The notes: generated by a model not told the origin, from the sequence alone. A DNA stretch of 64,000 nt from Fimbriimonadia bacterium (GCA_041483895.1 JBGPGO010000012.1:74188-138187), one strand, 5' to 3'; shown: positions 20,403 through 30,768, counted from the stretch's first letter. Numbers and translations: made by a program.

Positions 20403-21950
20403 TCACTGGTCGCCGGCTATCGCGAAGTTCGTTACGATGTTATTGAGGTCCTGAAGCGAAACCAGCTTGTCCCAGTCTATATCGCCTTCGCCGCCGCCGG
20501 TGCCGCCGAAGTTGACCAATACGGCGTTGAGATCCGGGATGCCGACAAGATTGTCGTCGTCTGCGTCGCCATTCATCAGACTGAAGTCAATTACCGTACT
20601 GGGAAACGTGACCGCGAAGTTCGTCTTCGTTTGGCGAAGCCAATTTGAGAACTTCACAGATATGTCGAATGTTCCTGTCGGAGCACCAACGAATGCGTAC
20701 TTGCCAAACGCATCTCGCGTTATGACTGAATTGTAGGCGATCGTCAGTGTCCCGGGAATGCGGAATTCAAGTGTGGCTGTACGTCCGGCACCGCCATAAT
20801 ACTCTTCTAATTGCACTACGCCGTTGACAGCCGTTGTCATGGTTTCGTTCATGGCAAGAACCCAGATTCCAGTAGCGAGGTCTCCCGCGAGAATTCTGTC
20901 CTGGCCGAGGAACGGATAAACGCTCCAGCATCCGTCGAAGACGCCGGAAGTTGTAAACGGATACGTGTCGTAGTTGGCGACCGGCTGCAGCTGTTTTGTC
21001 TGGCGGTTCAAGTCTAGAACGAGAACACCCAGTTGATACCAAGAGCAGAACAGACGATCGCCAACAAATAGTGGATTGTGAACGCAAAGTGCATCCGTCT
21101 GCGGACGTCCATAGGTTTGGCGAATCACAAGGGAAGTGCCGGTCTCCGATTCAACAACTTCAAACAACCTCAATCCTCCGAAGATATGCTCTTCAGCCGT
21201 AACTACGTATTGACCGTCATCGGTCTGCCAACAACTGTGAACGGACTGTCCGGGTGCCTTGGCTTTAAATACCGGTGGTTGGTTGGCAATATTGCTGATA
21301 TCGTACAGCTTTAGCCCGGCGTCCCATGCGGCGACCCAAAGGCGATTGCCGGCAACGGTGATGTCGTGGACAAAATCACCACCTCCGTCATCATGCTCCG
21401 TATGCGTGTTGAGCACCCACTTGGCCTGCGTAATCGTTGGTCCGGCAGGGGCAGTGATATCGAAGCTTCGCAGGTCGATGATCACTACTTTTTCCTGCCT
21501 TGAGTCGACCAAGTACAGCCAGCCGTTTTGGTAGAACAGGTCGTGTACGTAGGTGATGTCCGGTACGTTGATTTTGCGCTTAAGAACCGGGTGATACGGG
21601 TCGCGAACGTCCACAATCTCGGCGTCGTTGACCCCGCTCTCTTCGAAACCGATGAACAACATGCCGTTGCGCGCCGTTACGTCTTGCGCGCTGCAGTTTT
21701 GGTCTGGAGATCCCACGTAATAGATTGCTGCCGGGACCGGGTTGCTCGGGTCCGTGACGTCAATGATATCTACCTTGTTCTGTCCATAGTGTCCGCAATA
21801 CAGAAAGTTGCCGTCGCCCCAAATCTCCGCATACCGATCGCCTTGAACCTTGTAGTTCCATCGAGCGGACATATTCCACGGCGGATTTTGCGCAAACGCC
21901 GCGGAGGCCACCACGATGGCGAGACCTACTAACTGAACTTTGTTCTTCAT
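20403..21950 (-). CDS. Secreted LVIVD-repeat (choice-of-anchor B-like) protein with dockerin-like C-terminus
   Basis: Signal peptide MKNKVQLVGLAIVVASAAFA; IIDVTDPSNP repeats, His-rich motifs, GCWSVYPF; tail GDADDDNLV..DL / GDIDWDKLV..DL. Confidence 0.8.
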   Translation of the reverse strand: MKNKVQLVGLAIVVASAAFAQNPPWNMSARWNYKVQGDRYAEIWGDGNFLYCGHYGQNKVDIIDVTDPSNPVPAAIYYVGSPDQNCSAQDVTARNGMLFIGFEESGVNDAEIVDVRDPYHPVLKRKINVPDITYVHDLFYQNGWLYLVDSRQEKVVIIDLRSFDITAPAGPTITQAKWVLNTHTEHDDGGGDFVHDITVAGNRLWVAAWDAGLKLYDISNIANQPPVFKAKAPGQSVHSCWQTDDGQYVVTAEEHIFGGLRLFEVVESETGTSLVIRQTYGRPQTDALCVHNPLFVGDRLFCSWYQLGVLVLDLNRQTKQLQPVANYDTYPFTTSGVFDGCWSVYPFLGQDRILAGDLATGIWVLAMNETMTTAVNGVVQLEEYYGGAGRTATLEFRIPGTLTIAYNSVITRDAFGKYAFVGAPTGTFDISVKFSNWLRQTKTNFAVTFPSTVIDFSLMNGDADDDNLVGIPDLNAVLVNFGGTGGGEGDIDWDKLVSLQDLNNIVTNFAIAGDQ

Positions 21951-22060
21951 TGTGCGTGCCTCCGAACCGAACGATTGTGAAACAAGATACATTGCGCTTC
22001 GCGGAAGTTCCACGAAATTCCTGCAATTGAGCTCGGAGCAAACGTGGTATCGTTCCAGCG

Positions 22061-23086
22061 ATGTCCAAGCGACTGTTGATCACGGGCGGGGCCGGATTCA
22101 TCGGCGGCCATTTGGTGCGGCACATCTTCCGCGCCCACCCCGACTATAAAGTGCGCGTGCTGGATGCCCTGACCTACGCCGGAAGCCGAGAAAACCTGGC
22201 TGAGTTCGAAGGCGACCCGCGCTTTGAATTCGTTCACGCCAATATCCTTGATATCGATCGGCATCGAGACGCGTTCGACGGGATGACGGATGTCATCCAT
22301 TTGGCGGCGGAGACCCATAACGACAGGGCGATATTGGAGTGCGGCGGGTTTGTTATCGCGGATGTCCTCGGCACGCAACGGATGCTCCAGGCCGCCCTGG
22401 AAGCCAAGGTGGAACGGTTCGTTCATGTCAGCACATGCGAAGTGTATGGCAGCATCGAAAAGGGCCAGTTCAAAGAAGAAGATGCGTTCCATCCCAACCA
22501 GCCGTATTCCGCGAGCAAAGCCGGCGGGGACCTGATCGCCCGCGCCTACCACAGGACCCACGGCCTTCCCATTCTCATCGTCCGGCCAGTCAACAACCTC
22601 GGGCCGAACCAGTTCCCGGAGAAGCTGATCCCGCTCATGATCAGCCGCGCCCTGGCCGATGAGCCGCTCCCCATTTATGGCGACGGAAAGCAGATTCGCG
22701 AGTGGATCTATGTCGAGGACTGTTGCGCGGCCATCGACACGGTGCTGCACAAAGGCATTCCCGGTGAGGCATATAACATTGGCGACGAGATCGAGCGGGA
22801 CAACCTGACCGTCGTTCAAACTCTGCTCGCTATGCTGGGCAAGCCGGAGGGTAAGATCGAGTTTGTAAAGGACCGTCCGGGTCACGATCACCGGTACGCT
22901 TTGGATGTAACCAAAGTCCGATCTCTGGGTTGGAAGGCCAAAGTTGGGTTCGAAGAGGCGCTCCAGCGAACCGTGGACTGGTACCTGGCAAACCGGGAGT
23001 GGCTGGAAACGATACAGAGCCGGTCTGCCCAGCACCGAGAATTCCTAAAGAAATGGTACGACGACCGCATGGCCCAAACCTCGTAA
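22061..23086 (-). other. Placeholder note: antisense ORF 21947-23035 is a shadow of rfbB, not a gene
   Basis: Lies opposite the recognisable rfbB ORF and has no motifs of its own. Confidence 0.1.
22061..23086 (+). CDS. rfbB: dTDP-glucose 4,6-dehydratase-like SDR
   Basis: TGGAGFIG, DALTYAG, PYSASK, FPEKLIP, DRPGHD.RY. Confidence 0.9.
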   Translation: MSKRLLITGGAGFIGGHLVRHIFRAHPDYKVRVLDALTYAGSRENLAEFEGDPRFEFVHANILDIDRHRDAFDGMTDVIHLAAETHNDRAILECGGFVIADVLGTQRMLQAALEAKVERFVHVSTCEVYGSIEKGQFKEEDAFHPNQPYSASKAGGDLIARAYHRTHGLPILIVRPVNNLGPNQFPEKLIPLMISRALADEPLPIYGDGKQIREWIYVEDCCAAIDTVLHKGIPGEAYNIGDEIERDNLTVVQTLLAMLGKPEGKIEFVKDRPGHDHRYALDVTKVRSLGWKAKVGFEEALQRTVDWYLANREWLETIQSRSAQHREFLKKWYDDRMAQTS

Positions 23087-23114
23087 TCCAGGCGGTCGGA
23101 TACTGGGAGGAAAT

Positions 23115-23681
23115 ATGGCCTACATTTCGGACTATCTATCGGAAGTCAAGCGCCTCATCACCGAAGTCAACGCCTCCGAGGTGGACGCGATTGCCGAGCT
23201 GATCCACAACGCCTATCGGAACGACAAGCGCCTTCTCTTGATGGGGAATGGCGGCAGCGGCTCGACCGCCTCTCACTTCGCCAACGATTACCAAAAAGGC
23301 CTGTTTTTGGCGGGCCGAAAGCCGTTCCAGTGCCTAGCGGTCACGGATTCTATGTCGCTCATCCTTGCCTGGGGCAATGATACGGAGTTTGCCAACATCT
23401 TCGAACCGCAGATTCGTACTTGGGCTGGGCCGGGGGATGTGGTGCTCGGGATCAGCGGCAGCGGCAATTCGGAGAATGTGATCCGTGCGATGAACGCGGC
23501 GAACGAACTGGGGTCACATACCGTCGGCCTATGCGGGTATTCCGGTGGTAAGCTGAAGGATGTTGCCAAGCATACAATTTGGGTGAAGTCGAACAACATG
23601 CAGCAGGTTGAGGATATTCATTGCGTATTGATGCACACAATCTATTCCGACGTGCTGCGACGGGTGATGGAAGGAAAATGA
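23115..23681 (+). CDS. gmhA: Phosphoheptose isomerase-like SIS protein
   Basis: GNGGS, GND, GISGSGNSENV, QQVEDIH. Confidence 0.85.
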   Translation: MAYISDYLSEVKRLITEVNASEVDAIAELIHNAYRNDKRLLLMGNGGSGSTASHFANDYQKGLFLAGRKPFQCLAVTDSMSLILAWGNDTEFANIFEPQIRTWAGPGDVVLGISGSGNSENVIRAMNAANELGSHTVGLCGYSGGKLKDVAKHTIWVKSNNMQQVEDIHCVLMHTIYSDVLRRVMEGK

Positions 23682-23689
23682 CGGCGGCC

Positions 23690-23718
23690 ATCCCTTGACG
23701 TTCCGAACGTCAAGGGAT
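23690..23718. terminator. Perfect hairpin between convergent gmhA and tatA
   Basis: atcccttgacgtt-ccg-aacgtcaagggat (13-bp stem). Confidence 0.7.
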
Positions 23719-23725
23719 AGAAAAT

Positions 23726-23932
23726 CTAGTCAGTTTTTGTTTCGACGGCAACCTTAGGGGCCTCTTCCACAGGCTCCCGAGCCGTATCTTGGATGACCCG
23801 CTGGGACTCGCGAATACCCTTTTGAACTTCTCCGACCGCCTGGCCCACCGAGCGGGCCAGTTCCGGGATCTTCTTCGCCCCAAACAGCACCAGCACGAGA
23901 AAGGCGACGATCAGCCACTCTTGCATACCCAT
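23726..23932 (-). CDS. tatA: Twin-arginine translocase TatA/TatE subunit
   Basis: EWLIV..VLVLFGAKKIPELARSVG; GGAGG SD. Confidence 0.93.
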   Translation of the reverse strand: MGMQEWLIVAFLVLVLFGAKKIPELARSVGQAVGEVQKGIRESQRVIQDTAREPVEEAPKVAVETKTD

Positions 23933-24019
23933 GAAAACTACCTCCGGAGCACAGCTTTCGCCGTGCCACTTCTCATTATACGTTGCGAAAACGGTCGAGG
24001 GTCGTCAATTCCGGCAATT

Positions 24020-24544
24020 CTACTTTTTCCCTGTGAGAAATTTAACGGCGCCCCCGGCAAATAGCACATTGTTTCCCCGAATTCCTTCATCCTTATGGCG
24101 GCCTTTTCGGGGGATGCTGGTACCCTCATCCGAAGCATTGCGGCTCAGATTCATGGAGTCATAGACCAACTCGGTCTTGCCGGGATTCTCCAACTTTCTG
24201 CCCTTCTGGCCGGCAATTCTGGAATTGTACGCATAGCCAAATTTGCGGTCATCGTCTTCGTACGCCGGGTCCCGTAGCCGCTTTTTCCGGCTCATTTGCG
24301 GCTCGATAAGGTCCATCCAGTTCCCGGCTGTGGGCAGATATCCGACGTTATCGTCTTGGTAGAGGGAAAACGCCTTGTAGATATCGTTCAGGTTCCGCTG
24401 GCACTCACCCTTCTCCATGCCGCCCAGCTTGCCGGACAGTTGGGGCCACATGATAGCGAACAGTATGCCCGAGCAGAGGAGCATCATGCCGAACACAATA
24501 ACGCCCCAGAACAGGACGGGCCGGTTGGAGCCTTGGTTGACCAT
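24020..24544 (-). CDS. Membrane-anchored pilin-like (DUF1559 / H-X9-DG-like) protein
   Basis: N-terminal TM, CQRNL..I..AFSLY..D, YAYN, RH...GNNVLFAGGAVK. Confidence 0.65.
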   Translation of the reverse strand: MVNQGSNRPVLFWGVIVFGMMLLCSGILFAIMWPQLSGKLGGMEKGECQRNLNDIYKAFSLYQDDNVGYLPTAGNWMDLIEPQMSRKKRLRDPAYEDDDRKFGYAYNSRIAGQKGRKLENPGKTELVYDSMNLSRNASDEGTSIPRKGRHKDEGIRGNNVLFAGGAVKFLTGKK

Positions 24545-24680
24545 GCCTGAATTATGCGGGCGAACAGCCTGTTTCGTCAACGGTCCCAATTGCTGTGGCC
24601 GCTGGTCCGATTGGCGAATGTTCCCATTGGCAATGCGCCTCAAAGCCCGCGGCAACATGAAGTTCGGCTAAAATGCTCTC

Positions 24681-26078
24681 GTGGCAAACCTGCGAAATCT
24701 GCCTTCCGTGGATCGGCTGCTGTCCCACCCTGACCTACAAGGCCTGGGCAGCCCCTCGTATGTCCGCGACGTGATCCGGCTCGTTTTGGACGATATCCGA
24801 CGGGAAATGCGCGACGATTTCCCGGACGAGCCGCTGGAGTTCTACGTCGAGCGAGTTCAGTTGCGGGCGGCGGAGGATGAGAGAATGCGGCTCGGATACG
24901 CCATCAACGCGACCGGCGTCGTGCTGCACACCGGCCTCGGCCGAGCCCGATTGTGCGAGAGCGCCCAGAAGGCCGTGCAAGAAGCCACGAGGGGCCATAG
25001 CACGCTGGAGATCGACAGGGATACAGGAAAGCGTGGATCGCGCCAGTCGCAGTTCAAGGAGCTCCTCACCCGTCTGACCGGAGCGGAGGACGCTTATGTC
25101 TGCAATAACAACGCGGCCGCGGTGATGCTGTGCGTCAACACCTTGGCGGCGGGCCGAGAGGCGATTCTTTCGCGCGGGCAATGCGTGGAGATCGGAGGCT
25201 CCTTCCGCATGCCCGACGTGATTGCGGCGGCCGGCGCCAGGATGCGAGAGGTCGGGACAACGAATAAGACTCGGCTGTCGGATTATGAAAAGGCCATCGT
25301 ACCGGAAACCGGCTGCATCATCCGCTGCCATCCGAGCAATTTTCAGGTTGTCGGGTTTACGGAAGACGTCGACCCCGCGGCATTGGCGAAGTTGGGCAGG
25401 GAGCGCGGCGTGGCGGTCATTGACGACATTGGCAGCGGCTGCTTAGTGGATACCGCCTTGGCCGGCCTGCCGCACGAGCCTACGTTGACGGAAGCTCTGG
25501 CTACCGGCGTGGATTTGGTGACAGCGAGCGGCGACAAGCTGCTGGGGGGTCCGCAGGCCGGTCTGGCGCTCGGCCGCAAGGAGCTCATCGAAAGGGTGGC
25601 CAAGAACCCGATGGCGCGCGCGGTCCGATGCGACAAGCTGACCCTGGCCGCGCTGGAGGCCACGCTGCGCGAGTACCTCGACCCGGATCAGGTCTGGTCC
25701 CGCATCCCTACGCTCATCTATCTCCGGCGATCATTGGATGAGTTGGACAGGATGGCGCGGGAGCTTATGGCGCAGATAGAAGCGTCATGTAAGGAATCCA
25801 AGCCCTTGGGACTTGCGGTCGACGTTGTTGACGGCCTTTCGGAGGTCGGAGGAGGATCGCTCCCCGGGTCCGTCCTTCCGACGCGACTCTTGCGCGTGCG
25901 GTCACACGCATCACCGGAAGATGACGCCCATGCCCTCCGACTCCGCACGCCGCCCGTTTTCGCACGCATCGTGGACGATCACGTCTGCTTCGATCCCAGG
26001 ACGATTGATGTGGAAGAGATTCCGGTCGTCGTTGGAGCCATCCACGACTCGTTGACAACATTAGGTCGGCCTGTGTAG
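24681..26078 (+). CDS. selA: L-seryl-tRNA(Sec) selenium transferase
   Basis: LPSVD, INATGVVLHTGLGRA, NNNAAA, EIGGSFR, EVGTTN, SGDKLLGGPQ. Confidence 0.96.
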   Translation: MANLRNLPSVDRLLSHPDLQGLGSPSYVRDVIRLVLDDIRREMRDDFPDEPLEFYVERVQLRAAEDERMRLGYAINATGVVLHTGLGRARLCESAQKAVQEATRGHSTLEIDRDTGKRGSRQSQFKELLTRLTGAEDAYVCNNNAAAVMLCVNTLAAGREAILSRGQCVEIGGSFRMPDVIAAAGARMREVGTTNKTRLSDYEKAIVPETGCIIRCHPSNFQVVGFTEDVDPAALAKLGRERGVAVIDDIGSGCLVDTALAGLPHEPTLTEALATGVDLVTASGDKLLGGPQAGLALGRKELIERVAKNPMARAVRCDKLTLAALEATLREYLDPDQVWSRIPTLIYLRRSLDELDRMARELMAQIEASCKESKPLGLAVDVVDGLSEVGGGSLPGSVLPTRLLRVRSHASPEDDAHALRLRTPPVFARIVDDHVCFDPRTIDVEEIPVVVGAIHDSLTTLGRPV

Positions 26079-26185
26079 CCGCGGATTCTCGTTCTGACAA
26101 ACTGATCGAATCGCCACCGCCAAAATCCGCGTGACCACCTTGGAATTTGCGATAATCATAAGGAAATGCCCCTCCGAACCGCAGG

Positions 26186-26752
26186 CTAGTCCTTTACGCG
26201 ATGCCAAGCATCGGAAAAGGAACGTCGGAATACTGATGGCTCGCCTCTCCGAAATTCATCTAGCGTCCTTCGGAGAATCGGTCCAGCACCTTGGGATCCA
26301 TGGACAGCAAGTATTGCCGGATTTTTGGGCTCAATCATCCAAAGAGCTGTCGCCGCTTCGCTCCGAATGGAGTCTTCTTCCGTCGGATCAGACATGATAC
26401 TTATTAATGTCGAGATCGCGGCACGATCGCCGATGTTGCCAAGAGCCATCAAAGCGTATCCGCGCTTTGGCATGTTCCTGTTTTGGACTTCCTGGCACAG
26501 GCGAGGGACAATCTTTGGACCCGCTAGTATCAGCGGATCCATCAGCATGCATTCAGCAATACCTTCTCTGCCTTTTTCAAAGTGCATGAATGCTTCGATG
26601 ATTTCATCGTCCGACGCGACTCGTTGAAAGTAGTAGGATTCCGAAGTTGGATAATCTAGGTACCGTGAGTATGCAATCAGTGCGAGAACTCCGAGGACAA
26701 CAACTGCGGGGCCGACAACTCTCGCCCATTGAAAAAAGACACGGCGTTTCAT
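26186..26752 (-). CDS. Membrane-anchored HEAT-repeat protein
   Basis: ATG overlaps the permease stop (ATGA). TM, then RGYALMALGNIGD and RSEAATALW repeats; lower GC. Confidence 0.7.
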   Translation of the reverse strand: MKRRVFFQWARVVGPAVVVLGVLALIAYSRYLDYPTSESYYFQRVASDDEIIEAFMHFEKGREGIAECMLMDPLILAGPKIVPRLCQEVQNRNMPKRGYALMALGNIGDRAAISTLISIMSDPTEEDSIRSEAATALWMIEPKNPAILAVHGSQGAGPILRRTLDEFRRGEPSVFRRSFSDAWHRVKD

Positions 26753-27945
26753 ACCCGGAACAGAACGCTCTCTCGCTGGAACATGCGCACCGCGAACCAG
26801 AGGCAAAGCGCGGCGAGAACGGTGGATGTTGTAAGAGTTAAGGCAAACACCGTTCCGTTGAGCTGCCCATTGAACACCTGCTGAAACACCGTCGCCGTGT
26901 TCAAGATCGGCACCAACCCGATCCATGCCCGCGAGCCGAAGTCGGTGAACCCTATGAACTGGCTGGCAATCGCCGGCACCATCACCAAAACTGAAATCGC
27001 GGAAGCATAGGTCGTCGCCTCCCGCTGGTTCTTCGCAAAGGCCGAAATCGCGACCAGCATTGCCGCGAACATCGCGACCAACGGAATGAGCGTCACAAGC
27101 ATCACCCCAATCTCGCCGGGACCCAAATGCTGCGCGCCTTTGAACATCTCGCCTTTTTGCGTCACCCCGGTAATGCCGACCAACACCACCCCAATCACAC
27201 CAGACAGAGAGCTCGTGAAGCAGAGAGTCGCCATCGAAAGCAGCTTCCCGATCGCGATATCCAATCGGCTGGCGGGCGAAACCAACAGCGTCTCCAAAGT
27301 CCCGCGTTCCTTCTCACCCGCCACCACGTCCCCGGCCATCGTCATGCCGCCGAAGAACGCGAACAGCACCATGAAGTATGGCAAGAGGCTGGCAAGCATC
27401 GCCGGCCCTTCTTCTTTGGCTTCCGTCGCCGCCACTTCATTGACACTGAGTGGCGTGATGTCCTTTTCGGTCAGGTTTTTGGACGCCAAAACCTGTTTTC
27501 CGTGCGCCGCGTTTAGCTGCTTTACGGCCTCTTTGAAAACCCCGAGCGCGATGGCGGCCGGAATGCTCTTCTTGTCGATGAGCACATCGATGGCACCGCC
27601 ATCGCCGGTCGCCAACGCCTTTTTCAGGTCCGACTTGAAGTTGACGCACAGCTTCACGGTTTTCTCCCGCACCATCGTAACACCCATGTCCACAGATGGG
27701 ACGGAACGAATCTTAAACCCCTTCTTGACGAACGGCGAATCCAGCAATGGCTGGCCATTATCGATGTTCACAACGGCGATCTCGGACTCTTTCGATTCCT
27801 GCGACAGGAACTTGGTGAAAGAACCCAAAAACGTAAATAAAATGTATACGAGGAACATCGGCATCAGCACGGAAGACATCAGGACGCGGCGGTCGCGCAG
27901 AAACTCGCGGAGCTCCTTCTTGTAGATGAGGGGGATTGCGCTCAT
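26749..27945 (-). CDS. NatB-like ABC exporter permease
   Basis: KELREFLRDRR, AGEKERGTLETLLVSP, GKLL, multiple TMs. Confidence 0.88.
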   Translation of the reverse strand: MSAIPLIYKKELREFLRDRRVLMSSVLMPMFLVYILFTFLGSFTKFLSQESKESEIAVVNIDNGQPLLDSPFVKKGFKIRSVPSVDMGVTMVREKTVKLCVNFKSDLKKALATGDGGAIDVLIDKKSIPAAIALGVFKEAVKQLNAAHGKQVLASKNLTEKDITPLSVNEVAATEAKEEGPAMLASLLPYFMVLFAFFGGMTMAGDVVAGEKERGTLETLLVSPASRLDIAIGKLLSMATLCFTSSLSGVIGVVLVGITGVTQKGEMFKGAQHLGPGEIGVMLVTLIPLVAMFAAMLVAISAFAKNQREATTYASAISVLVMVPAIASQFIGFTDFGSRAWIGLVPILNTATVFQQVFNGQLNGTVFALTLTTSTVLAALCLWFAVRMFQRESVLFRV

Positions 27946-28685
27946 GCCGCGGTCAACTCACCAATCAGGGCGAGGAAAATCCGCTCCAAATGCGATTGGC
28001 CGGTCTGGTTTCGCAGCTCATCGAGCGTCCCAATGGCCGCGAGCTTGCCGTCGTGGATGACGGCGATCCGATCGCACAGACGCTCCGCCTCGCTCATGAT
28101 GTGCGTGGAGAACAGCACGGTCTTCCCCTGCGTCCTGCATTCTTCGATGAATTCTATGATGGTCCGCGAGGTGATGACATCCAGGCCGGTCGTGGGTTCA
28201 TCGAAAAACATTACGGGCGGATCGTGCACGATGGTTCGGGCGATGGAGACGCGCTGCTTTTGGCCAGAGGAGAGGCGATCGCACAGCCGGTCGGCAAAAT
28301 CGGTGATGCCCAGTTTGGCGATGGCGGCCTCCGTGCGGGCGGTCAGGTCCTGCCCGGTCAGGCCATAGAGGCTGCCCAGGTACCGAATCATTTCGCGCGG
28401 ATTCAATCGTCCGTAGAGGGCTGTGGTGGTGGAGAGAAAACCGATGTTCCGGCGAACCTCTTGCGCTTGGGTCCGGATGTCGTATCCGCCGACGGTCGCC
28501 GTGCCGCCGTTCGGCTCGATGATGGTGGCAAGCAGGCGAAGCAAGGTGGTCTTTCCGGCGCCGTTCACGCCCAGAACTCCAAAGATTTCGCCTGGCCGGC
28601 ATTCGAAGGAGACGCCATCGACCGCGTGTACGTCCCCGCGTTTCTTATCCGTGAAGCTCTTCACCAATCCCTGGCAACTGACCAT
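27942..28685 (-). CDS. NatA-like ABC ATP-binding protein
   Basis: GVNGAGKTT, LSSGQKQR, DEPTTGLD, STH. Start could be 28685 or 28706. Confidence 0.88.
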   Translation of the reverse strand: MVSCQGLVKSFTDKKRGDVHAVDGVSFECRPGEIFGVLGVNGAGKTTLLRLLATIIEPNGGTATVGGYDIRTQAQEVRRNIGFLSTTTALYGRLNPREMIRYLGSLYGLTGQDLTARTEAAIAKLGITDFADRLCDRLSSGQKQRVSIARTIVHDPPVMFFDEPTTGLDVITSRTIIEFIEECRTQGKTVLFSTHIMSEAERLCDRIAVIHDGKLAAIGTLDELRNQTGQSHLERIFLALIGELTAA

Positions 28686-28706
28686 TGGGGGGAAGTCTAC
28701 CCTCAT

Positions 28707-28810
28707 GTAACGCTGCCCTCCAGGTGGCATTGAATCCTGGGCCTTTTGTTTGTAACGCTGGCTTCCAGCCGGCATTGAATTGCGTTCTGCCGGCTGGAAG
28801 CCAGCGTTAC
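28707..28810. repeat. REP-like inverted repeat cluster
   Basis: Perfect 23-bp IR (28752-28774 / 28788-28810) plus a degenerate copy at 28707; contains the M48 gene's stop codon. Confidence 0.8.
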
Positions 28811-29694
28811 GCGGTGGCGACCGCCGCAGGAGCGCCCTTGTATTCGCCCGCCAGGATCCGCTTGTACGCATCGCCAGAGAACCACTGCTCGAGCTGTTGC
28901 TCGCGGAAGATCGGCTGCGGGTGCGTATATGTCGCGGTGCGGAGCAAGAACATGATCACTTTGGCTAGCTTATCCATGGTGCCGGCATCCTGATAGGCCC
29001 TCGCTTGGGATTGGAACTCATCAATGCTCATCTCGTCCGCAAACCGAGTGCGCCCGCCGGCCAGCGTCATGATGCTCGCGATGGCGCCGTCGCAATCCTG
29101 GATTGCGAGCAGCCCGCCTCGATCGCAGGTCAATTCCGCATTCCGCATCCATTCATAGAATGCCAGAAGCAGTCCGATCGAAACCGCGTCGCCCAGCCGC
29201 AGGGTCATCCGGCCTAGCGCGTCCAACAGCGGCAGCAGCCAATTGGCGACCGTCATGTACAGCACGTGGCCGCATTTGATGTGCGAAAGCTCGTGCCCCA
29301 TCAAATACAGCAACTGCTCGTCCGTCAACGCGTCGAGCAGGGTGCTGTGAACCGTAATGAAGGGCCGCTCAACACCAAATGTATAGGCGTTCGGCTGGGG
29401 ATTAAATTTGACGTACAGCTCCGGTTCCGGAACGTCCAAAATCGCGCACGCCTCGCGCATGATCGCATAGGGGGTCTTGAATTGGTTGGGGCCGCACCGA
29501 ATAGACTCGGCCATGTTGAGCGTGTAGGCCCATCGGTCCAAGCCGAGATCGTAAAATTTGCGCACTATTTGGGGGAGAATGGGCGTCTTACGCAGTGCCT
29601 CCAGCGCCAGCCGGTCGGTCTCGGCGGCGAATGCATCCGGGTGAATCCCGGGGAAGCGGACCCGTTCTTTATCAAAAACTGTCGTCTCAGCCAT
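28807..29694 (-). CDS. M48 family zinc metallopeptidase
   Basis: PNAYTFG, GHELSH, AELTCDR, THP. Confidence 0.9.
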   Translation of the reverse strand: MAETTVFDKERVRFPGIHPDAFAAETDRLALEALRKTPILPQIVRKFYDLGLDRWAYTLNMAESIRCGPNQFKTPYAIMREACAILDVPEPELYVKFNPQPNAYTFGVERPFITVHSTLLDALTDEQLLYLMGHELSHIKCGHVLYMTVANWLLPLLDALGRMTLRLGDAVSIGLLLAFYEWMRNAELTCDRGGLLAIQDCDGAIASIMTLAGGRTRFADEMSIDEFQSQARAYQDAGTMDKLAKVIMFLLRTATYTHPQPIFREQQLEQWFSGDAYKRILAGEYKGAPAAVATA

Positions 29695-29731
29695 GGTCTC
29701 CCCCTAGTCGATTGGTAACTGTGCTACCTAC

Positions 29732-30757
29732 TTAGTACGTGCGGCGTTGCAAAGCCTCCCCAAATGGGGCCGAAAGTACGCCTGTTTCCGTGATGATACC
29801 GGTGATAAGCTCATTCGGGGTCACATCAAACGCCGGATTATAGGACCTTGCGCCTATAGGAGCCATCCGCACACCCCCTATTTCCGTTATTTCCTCTTCG
29901 GACCGCTCTTCTATAGGAATTTTGTCTCCGGTCTCGATCGTTAGGTCTATCGTACTAGTCGGCGCGGCGATGTAAAACGGAATCCCATGTGATTTTGCCA
30001 GGACCGCCAGCGAATAGGTGCCGATCTTGTTGGCTGTGTCCCCGTTTGCGGCAATCCGGTCGGCGCCCGCGATCACAAGCTCCACACGGCCCTGGCGCAT
30101 GAGTGATCCGGCCATGTTGTCGGTGATGATGCGATAAGGGACGCCAAGCTTTTCCAGTTCCCACGCCGTGAGGCGCATGCCTTGCAGGCGGGGCCTCGTT
30201 TCGCTGACCCAAACGTACGGTTCTCTGCTCTGCTCGTGCGCGGCTCGGATGACGCCGAGCGCGGTGCCGTATCCCCCTGTGGCTAGGGCGCCGGTGTTGC
30301 AGATGGTCAGCACTCGTCCCTTGTTCGGGATTAATGCCGCGCCGTGCGATGCGAGAGCGCGGTTCGTCTCGATGTCATTTGCGTGAATCTCTTTTGCCGC
30401 CGCCAGCAGCTTTTCATACGGCCTGTCGGCGGCGACTCCTTCCGCGGCGTCCCGCATCCGGTTGACGGCCCAAACCAGATTGACTGCCGTCGGTCGCGCC
30501 TGCGACACCTCTTCGCAGATGTCGCAAAACACGGGCCGCCAGTCCGTTCCTTCCAGCTCCTTTGCCGCGAGCGCCAACGCGTAGGCAGCCGTTACTCCAA
30601 TCGCCGGCGCACCACGGACCACCATGTCCCGGATGGCGCCGACCACCGCACGCCAGTCCTGGTAGGCCAGCGTGCGCTCCTGTTGCGGCAGCAGGCGCTG
30701 GTCGAGCAGCCACAGCATTCCGTCTTCCCATCGGATCGGTTGAATTTCGTTGGACAT
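29732..30757 (-). CDS. mtnA: S-methyl-5-thioribose-1-phosphate isomerase
   Basis: DQRLLP, MVVRGAPAIG, RPTAVNL, CNTGALAT, ETRP.LQG, NKIGTY, NPAFDVTP. Confidence 0.96.
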   Translation of the reverse strand: MSNEIQPIRWEDGMLWLLDQRLLPQQERTLAYQDWRAVVGAIRDMVVRGAPAIGVTAAYALALAAKELEGTDWRPVFCDICEEVSQARPTAVNLVWAVNRMRDAAEGVAADRPYEKLLAAAKEIHANDIETNRALASHGAALIPNKGRVLTICNTGALATGGYGTALGVIRAAHEQSREPYVWVSETRPRLQGMRLTAWELEKLGVPYRIITDNMAGSLMRQGRVELVIAGADRIAANGDTANKIGTYSLAVLAKSHGIPFYIAAPTSTIDLTIETGDKIPIEERSEEEITEIGGVRMAPIGARSYNPAFDVTPNELITGIITETGVLSAPFGEALQRRTY

Positions 30758-30768
30758 CGTGCTTTGAT

